A stretch of 64,000 nucleotides of DNA from Eledone cirrhosa. Lineage: Eukaryota. Both the position numbers and the translations under genes were made by a program. Numbering within the stretch: position 1 is the first letter of the stretch; every line of letters begins with the position of its first letter. The notes below the pieces were generated by a model that saw only the letters and a list, made by a program, of their open reading frames with translations, was not told the origin of the DNA and did no database searches. The stretch spans positions 98,642,001 to 98,706,000 of the forward strand of contig OZ024743.1 in NCBI GenBank assembly GCA_964016885.1, in the 5' to 3' direction. Positions 15,001 through 27,430 of the stretch are shown here, piece after piece.

Positions 15001-18000
15001 ATACAGTGTCTTGAGCTGAGAGTGTTCCAGGGAGTAACATCATACAGTGTCTTGAGCTGAGAGTGTTCCAGGGAGTAACATCATACAGTGTCTTGAGGTG
15101 AGAGTGTTCCAGGGAGTAACATCATACAGTGTCTTGAGCTGAGAGTGTTCCAGGGAGTAACATCATACAGTGTCTTGAGGTGAGAGTGTTCCAGGGAGTA
15201 ACATCATACTGTGTCTTGGGCTGAGAGTGTTCCAGGGAGTAACATCATACAGTGTCTTGAGGTGAGAGTGTTTCAAGGAGTAACATACAGTGTCTGGAGC
15301 TGAGAGTGTTCCAGGGAGTAACATCATACAGTGTCTCGAGGTGAGAGTGTTCCAAGGAGTAACATCATACAGTGTCTTGGGCTGAGAGTGTTCCAAGGAG
15401 TAACATCATACAATGTCTTGAGCTGAGAGTGTTCCAGGGAGTAACATCATACAGTGTCTTGGGCTGAGAGTGTTCCAAGGAGTAACATCATACAATGTCT
15501 TGAGCTGAGAGTGTTCCATGGAGTAACATCATACAGTGTCTTGAGCTGAGAGTGTTTCAGGGAGTAACATCATACAGTGTCTTGAGCTGAGAGTGTTCCA
15601 TGGAGTAACATCATACAATGTTTTGAGCTGAGAGTGTTCCAAGGAGTAACATCATACAGTGTCTTGAGGTCAGAGTGTTCCAGGGAGTAACATCATACAG
15701 TGTCTTGAGCTGAGAGTGTTCCAGGGGGTAACATCATACAGTGTCTTGAGGTCAGAGTGTTCCAGGGAGTAACATCATACAGTGTCTTGAGCTGAGAGTG
15801 TTCCAAGGAGTGTTACTCCCTGGAATGTTTTGAGCTGAGAGTGTTCCAAGGAGTAACATCATACAGTGTCTTGAGGTCAGAGTGTTCCAAGGATTAACAT
15901 CATACAGTGTCTTGAGCTGAGAGTGTTCCAGGGAGTAACATCAAACTGTGTCTTGAGGTGAAAGTGTTCCAGGGAGTAACATCATACAGTGTCTTGGGCT
16001 GAGAGTGTGCCAAGTAGTAACATCATACAGTGTCTTGAGCTGAGAGTGTTCCAAGGAGTAACATCATACTGTGTCTTGAGCTGAGAGTGTTCCAGGGAGT
16101 AACATCATACAGTGTCTTGAGGTGAGAGTGTTCCAGGGAGTAACATCATACGGTGTCTTGGGCTGAGAGTGTGCCAAGTAGTAACATCATACAGTGTCTT
16201 GAGCTGAGAGTGTTCCAAGGAGTAACATCATACTGTGTCTTGAGCTGAGATTGTTCCAGGGAGTAACATCATACAGTGTCTTGAGGTGAGAGTGTTCCAA
16301 GGGGTAACATCATACAGTGTCTTGGGCTGAGAGTGTTCCAGGGAGTAACATCATACAGTGTCTTGAGGTGAGAGTGTTTCAAGGAGTAACATACAGGGTC
16401 TTGAGGTGAGAGTGTTTCAAGGAGTAACATACAGTGTCTTGAGCTGAGAGTGTTCCAGGGAGTAACATCATACAGTGTCTTGAGGTGAGAGTGTTCCAGG
16501 GAGTAACATCATACTGTGTCTTAGGCTGAGAGTGTTCCAGGGAGTAACATCATACAGTGTCTTGAGGTGAGAGTGTTTCAAGGAGTAACATACAGTGTCT
16601 TGAGCTGAGAGTGTTCCAGGGAGTAACATCATACAGTGTCTTGAGGTGAGAGTGTTCCAAGGAGTAACATCATGCAGTGTCTTGGGCTGAGAGTGTTCCA
16701 AGGAGTAACATCATACAATGTCTTGAGCTGAGAGTGTTCCAGGGAGTAACATCATACAGTGTCTTGGGCTGAGAGTGTTCCAGGGAGTAACATCATGCAG
16801 TGTCTTGAGCTGAGAGTGTTCCAGGGAGTAACATCATACAGTGCCTTGAGCTGAGAGTGTTCCAGGGAGTAACATCATACAGTGTCTTGATGTGAGAGTG
16901 TTCCAAGTAGTAACATCATACAGTGTCTTGAGGTGAGAGTGTTCCAGGGAGTAACATCATACAGTGTCTTGGGCTGAGAGTGTGCCAAGTAGTAACATCA
17001 TACAGTGTCTTGAGCTGAGAGTGTTCCAAGGAGTAACATCATACTGTGTCTTGAGCTGAGAGTGTTCCAGGGAGTAACATCATACAGTGTCTTGAGGTGA
17101 GAGTGTTCCAAGGGGTAACATCATACAGTGTCTTGGGCTGAGAGTGTTCCAGGGAGTAACATCATACAGTGTCTTGAGGTGAGAGTGTTTCAAGGAGTAA
17201 CATACAGTGTCTTGAGCTGAGAGTGTTCCAGGGAGTAACATCATACAGTGTCTTGGGCTAAGAGTGTTCCAGGGAGTAACATCATACAGTGTCTTGAGGT
17301 GAGAGTGTTTCAAGGAGTAACATACAGTGTCTTGAGCTGAGAGTGTTCGAGGGAGTAACATCATACAGTGTCTTGAGCTGAGTGTGTTCCAGGGAGTAAC
17401 ATCATACAGTGTCTTGAGGTGAGAGTGTTCCAGGGAGTAACATCATACAGTGTCTTGAGCTGAGAGTGTTCCAGGGAGTAACATCATACAGTGTCTTGAG
17501 GTGAGAGTGTTCCATGGAGTAACATCATACTGTGTCTTGGGCTGAGAGTGTTCCAGGGAGTAACATCATACAGTGTCTTGAGGTGAGAGTGTTTCAAGGA
17601 GTAACATACAGTGTCTTGAGCTGAGAGTGTTCCAGGGAGTAACATCATACAGTGTCTTGAGGTGAGAGTGTTCCAAGGAGTAACATCATACAGTGTCTTG
17701 GGCTGAGAGTGTTCCAAGGAGTAACATCATACAATGTCTTGAGCTGAGAGTGTTCCAGGGAGTAACATCATACAGTGTCTTGGGCTGAGAGTGTTCCAGG
17801 GAGTAACATCATGCAGTGTCTTGAGCTGAGAGTGTTCCAGGGAGTAACATCATACAGTGCCTTGAGCTGAGAGTGTTCCAGGGAGTAACATCATACAGTG
17901 TCTTGATGTGAGAGTGTTCCAAGTAGTAACATCATACAGTGTCTTGAGGTGAGAGTGTTCCAGGGAGTAACATCATACAGTGTCTTGGGCTGAGAGTGTG

Positions 18001-21000
18001 CCAAGTAGTAACATCATACAGTGTCTTGAGGTCAGAGTGTTCCAAGGATTAACATCATACAGTGTCTTGAGCTGAGAGTGTTCCAGGGAGTAACATCAAA
18101 CTGTGTCTTGAGGTGAAAGTGTTCCAGGGAGTAACATCATACAGTGTCTTGGGCTGAGAGTGTGCCAAGTAGTAACATCATACAGTGTCTTGAGCTGAGA
18201 GTGTTCCAAGGAGTAACATCATACTGTGTCTTGAGCTGAGAGTGTTCCAGGGAGTAACATCATACAGTGTCTTGAGGTGAGAGTGTTCCAGGGAGTAACA
18301 TCATACGGTGTCTTGGGCTGAGAGTGTGCCAAGTAGTAACATCATACAGTGTCTTGAGCTGAGAGTGTTCCAAGGAGTAACATCATACTGTGTCTTGAGC
18401 TGAGATTGTTCCAGGGAGTAACATCATACAGTGTCTTGAGGTGAGAGTGTTCCAAGGGGTAACATCATACAGTGTCTTGGGCTGAGAGTGTTCCAGGGAG
18501 TAACATCATACAGTGTCTTGAGGTGAGAGTGTTTCAAGGAGTAACATACAGGGTCTTGAGGTGAGAGTGTTTCAAGGAGTAACATACAGTGTCTTGAGCT
18601 GAGAGTGTTCCAGGGAGTAACATCATACAGTGTCTTGAGGTGAGAGTGTTCCAGGGAGTAACATCATACTGTGTCTTAGGCTGAGAGTGTTCCAGGGAGT
18701 AACATCATACAGTGTCTTGAGGTGAGAGTGTTTCAAGGAGTAACATACAGTGTCTTGAGCTGAGAGTGTTCCAGGGAGTAACATCATACAGTGTCTTGAG
18801 GTGAGAGTGTTCCAAGGAGTAACATCATACAGTGTCTTGGGCTGAGAGTGTTCCAAGGAGTAACATCATACAATGTCTTGAGCTGAGAGTGTTCCAGGGA
18901 GTAACATCATACAGTGTCTTGGGCTGAGAGTGTTCCAGGGAGTAACATCATGCAGTGTCTTGAGCTGAGAGTGTTCCAGGGAGTAACATCATACAGTGCC
19001 TTGAGCTGAGAGTGTTCCAGGGAGTAACATCATACAGTGTCTTGATGTGAGAGTGTTCCAAGTAGTAACATCATACAGTGTCTTGAGGTGAGAGTGTTCC
19101 AGGGAGTAACATCATACAGTGTCTTGGGCTGAGAGTGTGCCAAGTAGTAACATCATACAGTGTCTTGAGCTGAGAGTGTTCCAAGGAGTAACATCATACT
19201 GTGTCTTGAGCTGAGAGTGTTCCAGGGAGTAACATCATACAGTGTCTTGAGGTGAGAGTGTTCCAAGGGGTAACATCATACAGTGTCTTGGGCTGAGAGT
19301 GTTCCAGGGAGTAACATCATACAGTGTCTTGAGGTGAGAGTGTTTCAAGGAGTAACATACAGTGTCTTGAGCTGAGAGTGTTCCAGGGAGTAACATCATA
19401 CAGTGTCTTGGGCTAAGAGTGTTCCAGGGAGTAACATCATACAGTGTCTTGAGGTGAGAGTGTTTCAAGGAGTAACATACAGTGTCTTGAGCTGAGAGTG
19501 TTCGAGGGAGTAACATCATACAGTGTCTTGAGCTGAGAGTGTTCCAGGGAGTAACATCATACAGTGTCTTGAGGTGAGAGTGTTCCAGGGAGTAACATCA
19601 TACAGTGTCTTGAGCTGAGAGTGTTCCAGGGAGTAACATCATACAGTGTCTTGAGGTGAGAGTGTTCCATGGAGTAACATCATACTGTGTCTTGGGCTGA
19701 GAGTGTTCCAGGGAGTAACATCATACAGTGTCTTGAGGTGAGAGTGTTTCAAGGAGTAACATACAGTGTCTTGAGCTGAGAGTGTTCCAGGGAGTAACAT
19801 CATACAGTGTCTTGAGGTGAGAGTGTTCCAAGGAGTAACATCATACTGTGTCTTGGGGTGAGAGTGTTCCAAGGAGTAACATCATACAATGTCTTGAGCT
19901 GAGAGTGTTCCAGGGAGTAACATCATACAATGTCTTGGGCTGAGAGTGTTCCAGGGAGTAACATCATGCAGTGTCTTGGGCTGAGAGTGTTCCAAGGAGT
20001 AACATCATACAGTGTCTTGGGCTGAGAGTGTTCCAGGGAGTAACATCATGCAGTGTCTTGAGCTGAGAGTGTTCCAGGGAGTAACATCATACAGTGCCTT
20101 GAGCTGAGAGTGTTCCAGGGAGTAACATCATACAGTGTCTTGATGTGAGAGTGTTCCAAGTAGTAACATCATACAGTGTCTTGAGGTGAGAGTGTTCCAG
20201 GGAGTAACATCATACAGTGTCTTGGGCTGAGAGTGTGCCAAGTAGTAACATCATACAGTGTCTTGGGCTGAGAGTGTTCCAAGGAGTAACATCATACAAT
20301 GTCTTGAGCTGAGAGTGTTCCAGGGAGTAACATCATACAGTGTCTTGGGCTGAGAGTGTTCCAGGGAGTAACATCATGCAGTGTCTTGAGCTGAGAGTGT
20401 TCCAGGGAGTAACATCATACAGTGCCTTGAGCTGAGAGTGTTCCAGGGAGTAACATCATACAGTGTCTTGATGTGAGAGTGTTCCAAGTAGTAACATCAT
20501 ACAGTGTCTTGAGGTGAGAGTGTTCCAGGGAGTAACATCATACAGTGTCTTGGGCTGAGAGTGTGCCAAGTAGTAACATCATACAGTGTCTTGAGCTGAG
20601 AGTGTTCCAAGGAGTAACATCATACTGTGTCTTGAGCTGAGAGTGTTCCAGGGAGTAACATCAAACTGTGTCTTGAGGTGAAAGTGTTCCAGGGAGTAAC
20701 ATCATACAGTGTCTTGGGCTGAGAGTGTGCCAAGTAGTAACATCATACAGTGTCTTGAGCTGAGAGTGTTCCAAGGAGTAACATCATACTGTGTCTTGAG
20801 CTGAGAGTGTTCCAGGGAGTAACATCATACAGTGTCTTGAGGTGAGAGTGTTCCAGGGAGTAACATCATACGGTGTCTTGGGCTGAGAGTGTGCCAAGTA
20901 GTAACATCATACAGTGTCTTGAGCTGAGAGTGTTCCAAGGAGTAACATCATACTGTGTCTTGAGCTGAGATTGTTCCAGGGAGTAACATCATACAGTGTC

Positions 21001-24000
21001 TTGAGGTGAGAGTGTTCCAAGGGGTAACATCATACAGTGTCTTGGGCTGAGAGTGTTCCAGGGAGTAACATCATACAGTGTCTTGAGGTGAGAGTGTTTC
21101 AAGGAGTAACATACAGGGTCTTGAGGTGAGAGTGTTTCAAGGAGTAACATACAGTGTCTTGAGCTGAGAGTGTTCCAGGGAGTAACATCATACAGTGTCT
21201 TGAGGTGAGAGTGTTCCAGGGAGTAACATCATACTGTGTCTTAGGCTGAGAGTGTTCCAGGGAGTAACATCATACAGTGTCTTGAGGTGAGAGTGTTTCA
21301 AGGAGTAACATACAGTGTCTTGAGCTGAGAGTGTTCCAGGGAGTAACATCATACAGTGTCTTGAGGTGAGAGTGTTCCAAGGAGTAACATCATACAGTGT
21401 CTTGGGCTGAGAGTGTTCCAAGGAGTAACATCATACAATGTCTTGAGCTGAGAGTGTTCCAGGGAGTAACATCATACAGTGTCTTGGGCTGAGAGTGTTC
21501 CAGGGAGTAACATCATGCAGTGTCTTGAGCTGAGAGTGTTCCAGGGAGTAACATCATACAGTGCCTTGAGCTGAGAGTGTTCCAGGGAGTAACATCATAC
21601 AGTGTCTTGATGTGAGAGTGTTCCAAGTAGTAACATCATACAGTGTCTTGAGGTGAGAGTGTTCCAGGGAGTAACATCATACAGTGTCTTGGGCTGAGAG
21701 TGTGCCAAGTAGTAACATCATACTGTGTCTTGATCTGAGAGTGTTCCAGGGAGTAACATCATACAGTGTCTTGAGGTGAGAGTGTTACAAGGGGTAACAT
21801 CATACAGTGTCTTGGGCTGAGAGTGTTCCAGGGAGTAACATCATACAGTGTCTTGAGGTGAGAGTGTTTCAAGGAGTAACATACAGTGTCTTGAGCTGAG
21901 AGTGTTCCAGGGAGTAACATCATACAGTGTCTTGGGCTAAGAGTGTTCCAGGGAGTAACATCATACAGTGTCTTGAGGTGAGAGTGTTTCAAGGTGTAAC
22001 ATACAGTGTCTTGAGCTGAGAGTGTTCCAGGGAGTAACATCATACAGTGTCTTGAGCTGAGAGTGTTCCAGGGAGTAACATCATACAGTGTCTTGAGGTG
22101 AGAGGGTTCCAGGGAGTAACATCATACAGTGTCTTGAGCTGAGAGTGTTCCAGGGAGTAACATCATACAGTGTCTTGAGGTGAGAGTGTTCCATGGAGTA
22201 ACATCATACTGTGTCTTGGGCTGAGAGTGTTCCAGGGAGTAACATCATACAGTGTCTTGAGGTGAGAGTGTTTCAAGGAGTAACATACAGTGTCTTGAGC
22301 TGAGAGTGTTCCAGGGAGTAACATCATACAGTGTCTTGAGGTGAGAGTGTTCCAAGGAGTAACATCATACAGTGTCTTGGGCTGAGAGTGTTCCAAGGAG
22401 TAACATCATACAATGTCTTGAGCTGAGAGTGTTCCAGGGAGTAACATCATACAGTGTCTTGGGCTGAGAGTGTTCCAGGGAGTAACATCATGCAGTGTCT
22501 TGAGCTGAGAGTGTTCCAGGGAGTAACATCATACAGTGCCTTGAGCTGAGAGTGTTCCAGGTAGTAACATCATACAGTGTCTTGATGTGAGAGTGTTCCA
22601 AGTAGTAACATCATACAGTGTCTTAAGGTGAGAGTGTTCCAGGGAGTAACATCATACAGTGTCTTGGGCTGAGAGTGTGCCAAGTAGTAACATCATACAG
22701 TGTCTTGAGCTGAGAGTGTTCCAAGGAGTAACATCATACTGTGTCTTGAGCTGAGAGTGTTCCAGGGAGTAACATCATACAGTGTCTTGAGGTGAGAGTG
22801 TTCCAAGGAGTAACATCATACAGTGTCTTGGGCTGAGAGTGTTCCAGGGAGTAACATCATACAGTGTCTTGAGGTGAGAGTGTTTCAAGGAGTAACATAC
22901 AGTGTCTTGAGCTGAGAGTGTTCCAGGGAGTAACATCATACAGTGTCTTGGGCTGAGAGTGTTCCAGGGAGTAACATCATACAGTGTCTTGAGGTGAGAG
23001 TGTTTCAAGGAGTAACATACAGTGTCTTGAGCTGAGAGTGTTCCAGGGAGTAACATCATACAGTGTCTTGAGCTGAGAGTGTTCCAGGGAGTAACATCAT
23101 ACAGTGTCTTGAGGTGAGAGTGTTCCAGGGAGTAACATCATACAGTGTCTTGAGCTGAGAGTGTTCCAGAGAGTAACATCATACAGTGTCTTGAGGTGAG
23201 AGTGTTCCAGGGAGTAACATCATACTGTGTCTTGGGCTGAGAGTGTTCCAGGGAGTAACATCATACAGTGTCTTGAGGTGAGAGTGTTTCAAGGAGTAAC
23301 ATACAGTGTCTTGAGCTGAGAGTGTTCCAGGGAGTAACATCATACAGTGTCTTGAGGTGAGAGTGTTCCAAGGAGTAACATCATACAGTGTCTTGGGCTG
23401 AGAGTGTTCCAAGGAGTAACATCATACAATGTCTTGAGCTGAGAGTGTTCCAGGGAGTAACATCATACAGTGTCTTGGGCTGAGAGTGTTCCAGGGAGTA
23501 ACATCATGCAGTGTCTTGAGCTGAGAGTGTTCCAGGGAGTAACATCATACAGTGCTTTGAGCTGAGAGTGTTCCAGGGAGTAACATCATACAGTGTCTTG
23601 ATGTGAGAGTGTTCCAAGTAGTAACATCATACAGTGTCTTGAGGTGAGTGTTCTAGGGAGTAACATCATGCAGTGTCTTTGGCTGAGAGTGTTCCAAGTA
23701 GTAACATCATGCAGTGTCTTGGGCTGAGAGTGTTCCAGGGAGTAACATCATGCAGTGTCTTGAGCTGAGAGTGTTCCAGGGAGTAACATCATGCAGTGTC
23801 TTGGGCTGAGAGTGTTCCAAGTAGTAATATTATACAGTCTCTTGAGTTGAGAGTGTTCCAGGGAGTAACATCATACAATGTCTTGGGCTGAGAGTGTTCT
23901 AGGGAGTAACATCATACAGTGTCTTGAGCTGAGAGTGTTCCATGGAGTAACATCATACAGTGTCTTGAGCTGAGAGTGTTCCAGGGAGTAACATCATACA

Positions 24001-24739
24001 GTGTCTTGAGGTGAGAGTGTTCCAAGGAGTAACATCATACAGTGTCTTGGGCTGAGAGTGTTCCAGGGAGTAACATCATACAATGTCTTGAGCTGAGAGT
24101 GTTCCATGGAGTAACATCATACAGTGTCTTGAGCTGAGAGTGTTCCAGGGAGTAACATCATACAGTGTCTTGAGCTGAGAGTGTTCCATGGAGTAACATC
24201 ATACAGTGTCTTGAGCTGAGAGTGTTCCAGGGAGTAACATCATACAGTGTCTTGAGGTGAGAGTGTTCCATGGAGTAACATCATACAGTGTCTTGAGCTG
24301 AGAGTGTTCCAGGGAGTAACATCATACAGTGTCTTGAGCTGAGAGTGTTCCAGGGAGTAACATCATACATTGTCTTGAGCTGAGAGTGTTCCATGGAGTA
24401 ACATCATACAATGTTTTGAGCTGAGAGTGTTCCAGGGAGTAACATCATACAGTGTCTTGAGGTCAGAGTGTTCCAGGGAGTAACATCATACAGTGTCTTG
24501 AGCTGAGAGTGTTCCAGGGAGTAACATCATACAGTGTCCTGAGGTCAGAGTGTTCCAGGGAGTAACATCATACAGTATCTTGGGCTGAGAGTGTTCCAAG
24601 GAGTAACATCATACAGTGTCTTGAGGTGAGAGTGTTACAGGGAGTAACATCATACAGTGTCTTGATGTGAGAGTGTTCCATGGAGTAACATCATACAGTA
24701 TCTTGAGGTGAGAGTGTTCCAGGGAGTAACATCATACAA
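1..24739. repeat. 41-bp satellite array (consensus GGGAGTAACATCATACAGTGTCTTGAGCTGAGAGTGTTCCA), about 600 monomers, runs off the left edge
   Basis: Continuous tandem 41-mers with a recurrent 38-bp variant (CAT deletion, usually ...TTTCAAGGAGTAACATACAG). The array ends abruptly at ...ATCATACAACGACTTG near 24740. Confidence 0.99.
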
Positions 24740-24885
24740 CGACTTGATAAAGCAAGTGACAAATTGCAAGTTTCATATATGGTTGATGAACAATATGCAG
24801 ATATCTGCAAGCAACATTTTATCTGCTCAAATGTTCATTGAATTTCTGTGTTATGTATACACCCAGTTTTTTTATAACGCTTTCT

Positions 24886-25356
24886 GATTTAGGCATAAGG
24901 CCAACAGTTTTGGACAGGGGAGAGTTGAATAAATTGATGTGTGGTGTGACAGCTCACACCTATGTAGGTTTAGCTGGCCTCCTCCAAGGTATATATCATT
25001 GGAGGTGTCTTGGGTGATTTAATGATAGGGACTCCAGTCCTATCATCTCATTTCTACAGCTGAGTAAACTGGTGCAATATGAAATAAAGTGTCTTGCTCA
25101 AGGAAACAACACATCACCCGGTCCGAGAATTGAACTCACAACTTTTTGATTGCAAGGCCAATGCTCTAACCACTAAGCCATGCACCTTCACAAATAATTG
25201 ATCCTATTGCATCACTCATACTTTATTTTATTGACCCTGTAAGGATGAAAGGCAAAGCTAACCTCAGTGGGATTTGAACTCAGAACGTAAAGGGGTGTAA
25301 CTGTATGCCACAAAGCATGTTTTCCAATGCTCTACCAATACTGCTAATTCACTGCC
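24886..25356 (-). mobile_element. Degraded tRNA-derived SINE (family 2, Meta-like domain), interrupted by a family-1 SINE fragment at ~24939-25192
   Basis: Minus strand reads GGCAGTGAATTAGCAGTATTGG (A box), GAGTTCAAATCC (B box), TTTGCCTTTCATCCTTACAGGGTCAATAAAATAAAGTA. The tail GGCCTTATGCCTAAATCA lies near 24890. AATTGAT occurs on both sides of the insert. Confidence 0.65.
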
Positions 25357-25359
25357 CTA

Positions 25360-25701
25360 TCGTCATCATCATCATCATCATTTTACGTCCCCTTTTCCCT
25401 GCTTGCAAGGGTGGGACGGGAACTGATTCTGGCTTGATTTCTACAGCTGGATGCCCTTCCTAACACCAACCTCATTTACAGTGAGTGCTGGGTGCTTTTT
25501 GCCGTGGCACCTCCATGACCACTTTGCAGTGGAATGATAAGGACCCCAGTCCCTATCATCTCATTTCTACAGCTGAGTATCTGGAGCAATGTGAAATAAA
25601 GTGTCTTGCTCAAGGAAACAACACATCACCCGGTCTGAGAATTGAACTCACAACCTTTTGATTGCAAGGCCAATGCTCTAACCACTAAGCCATGTGCCTC
25701 C
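25360..25701 (-). mobile_element. tRNA-derived SINE family 1 (CORE-like middle, RTE-derived tail)
   Basis: Head GGAGGCACATGGCTTAGTGGTTAGAGC...GAGTTCAATTC carries A and B boxes. The middle CCTTGAGCAAGACACTT resembles the CORE domain. The 3' part matches the RTE 3'UTR at 33829-34094 and ends in (GAT)n. Confidence 0.85.
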
Positions 25702-25884
25702 ATAAATATATATTCTGGAAATGGTTTGTCTCAATTCAGTCGAAAAGTGAGTGAAATTATCAATAAGGTCACAATAAAGATGTAGAACCCTGCCTCATAG
25801 CCAACAAATGCCAAAGTTGGCTGTCACTGTTGTTGCTATTGGCACTTCTGTGATATCAGCAAAATAAGAAGAAAAGAGAAAAAC

Positions 25885-26170
25885 TTGGCAGTGACATCTT
25901 CTCTAGCAGCAGCCTGATATATTTGCGGAACAGACCCAGGTTTTGTTGCCTGATAAGCTGAAATATTGGCCACAGTCTTATAGGTTTGTTACTGGACCTA
26001 CAGCAGTGGAGACTTTTGGTATTCTTAGTCTCTGAACCACCTCACTACCTACTGCCATTAGGATTGAGTTGGCCATGCCAGGTGTAAGTCCCACAAGCTG
26101 AAATGGCCATTTCTATGTGTCTCCCTCACTATCCTCTGGAGAAATGCTTTCTCCATTCTGTCCACTGCGT
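25885..26170 (+). pseudogene. Fossil C-terminal restriction-like endonuclease segment of a CRE-like non-LTR retrotransposon
   Basis: Joined across frameshifts it reads SDIFSSSSLI / GTDPGFVA**AE / KY...YRF...AVETFGI / VSLTILWRNAFSIL. This resembles the CRE pattern DTF..S....PG.AA..AE..K..KY...F.P.AVET.G...SIAI.RGNA.SIL. Confidence 0.45.
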
Positions 26171-27078
26171 TCATAAAGTGGTTTGTGCCTAGGGTACTGC
26201 ATGTCAGTGAGCAATCTTCCACATGTATCCCCGGGGTAACAGTCGTATAGGTCACTGATATTTATGCTTACACACACATTTAACTACATGCTTCAACCCT
26301 GGTTGAATTCCTTCCTTTTACTGTCTGTGATGTTGTAAGTAGATTCTTTAGGACAGGAAAGATCAAGTATGTTCTATTACTGATCAAACATGAGTGCTAC
26401 ATGTTTTTCATGAGTTTGGTACATCTTTTGTCCTATCTGACAACATGGTTTCCTGTTTAGCAATGGGTTAGTGGGGTAATAACTGCAATAAACAAAACAA
26501 AATTTAGAAGATTGTAATGAGATGAAGATCACAAAAACATTTCACTGAAAAGAATGAAAAAAAATTACATTTTACTTTAAAAAAATTAGTTTAAAACTTC
26601 ATTATTAAAAGCTCATCAATAACAAACAAGAGACAGCAACAACAAAATAACAACAAAATAAAATAAAATAACCCATTAAACAATTTAAATGAAATCTTCC
26701 ACATTTTATTTTTTGGGTCTGTCAGTAAATAAAGATGATGATCACCATTGCTAAAATTTTGTTTCCCCAAAACATTTATCAAATTAAAAGTCAATCAATA
26801 AGTAGTTTTTAAAGTTGTTTTCTTTTCTCTATCAGAATTTCTTCTAAGCTCATGTTTCAACACCGATCTTTTCTTAATGATTTCCTTTTTAATTTTAATC
26901 TTTTATTTTATTACAACAGTAATACTTCTATTTGTTTTGAGTGTTTATGTATATATAGACATACATTCATACATACATACATCTGTCTGCATGTACATAC
27001 ATATACGCACACACATATACACACTCATGCACTCACCACACATATATTTATGCATGAATGTTATATATATATATATAT

Positions 27079-27430
27079 TCCACACTGTAAACATTGTTGG
27101 TGTTAGGAAGGGCATCCAGCTGTAGAACACCTGCCAGATAGTCCTATATGAGTGAGACATGGTCACTCGGCCAATCTTGCCTCAAGTAGAACAATTCCCG
27201 TCTAAACCCATGCTAGTTTAGTGAATTGGTCACAGGGTTATTTACTTTGGTAAACGCCACTGCAGGCCAACCACTAATTTAATTCGATACAGATATAATA
27301 AGGTTAACAAACTCGCTCGTGAGTGAACTGTCCGAGAGCCGGTCGCCAAATAAGCGTTTACCAAAGTAAATAACCCTGTGATCAATTCACTAAACTAGCA
27401 TGGAAGATAGACGTTAAACGAAGATGATAT
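27079..27430 (+). mobile_element. RTE LINE 3' tail fragment, interrupted by a MITE
   Basis: CACACTGTAAA...GGTGTTAGGAAGGGCATCCAGCTGTAGAA...CCCATGCTAG[insert]CATGGAAGATAGACGTTAAACGAAGATGAT matches the other RTE 3' ends in the window. Confidence 0.8.
27217..27394. mobile_element. MITE, 178 bp, 41-bp terminal inverted repeats, CTAG (or TA) TSD
   Basis: TTTAGTGAATTGGTCACAGGGTTATTTACTTTGGTAAACGC and its inverted copy (1 mismatch). CTAG lies at 27213-27216 and 27395-27398. The other RTE tails show the empty site CCCATGCTAGC. Confidence 0.88.

Noticed and set aside
1-24739. CRISPR array or repeat-protein gene (many 69-94 aa minus-strand ORFs)
   Set aside because: There are no unique spacers and no cas genes, and the context is eukaryotic. 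The 41-bp unit is not a multiple of three, and the ORFs appear only where the 38-bp variant removes a stop.
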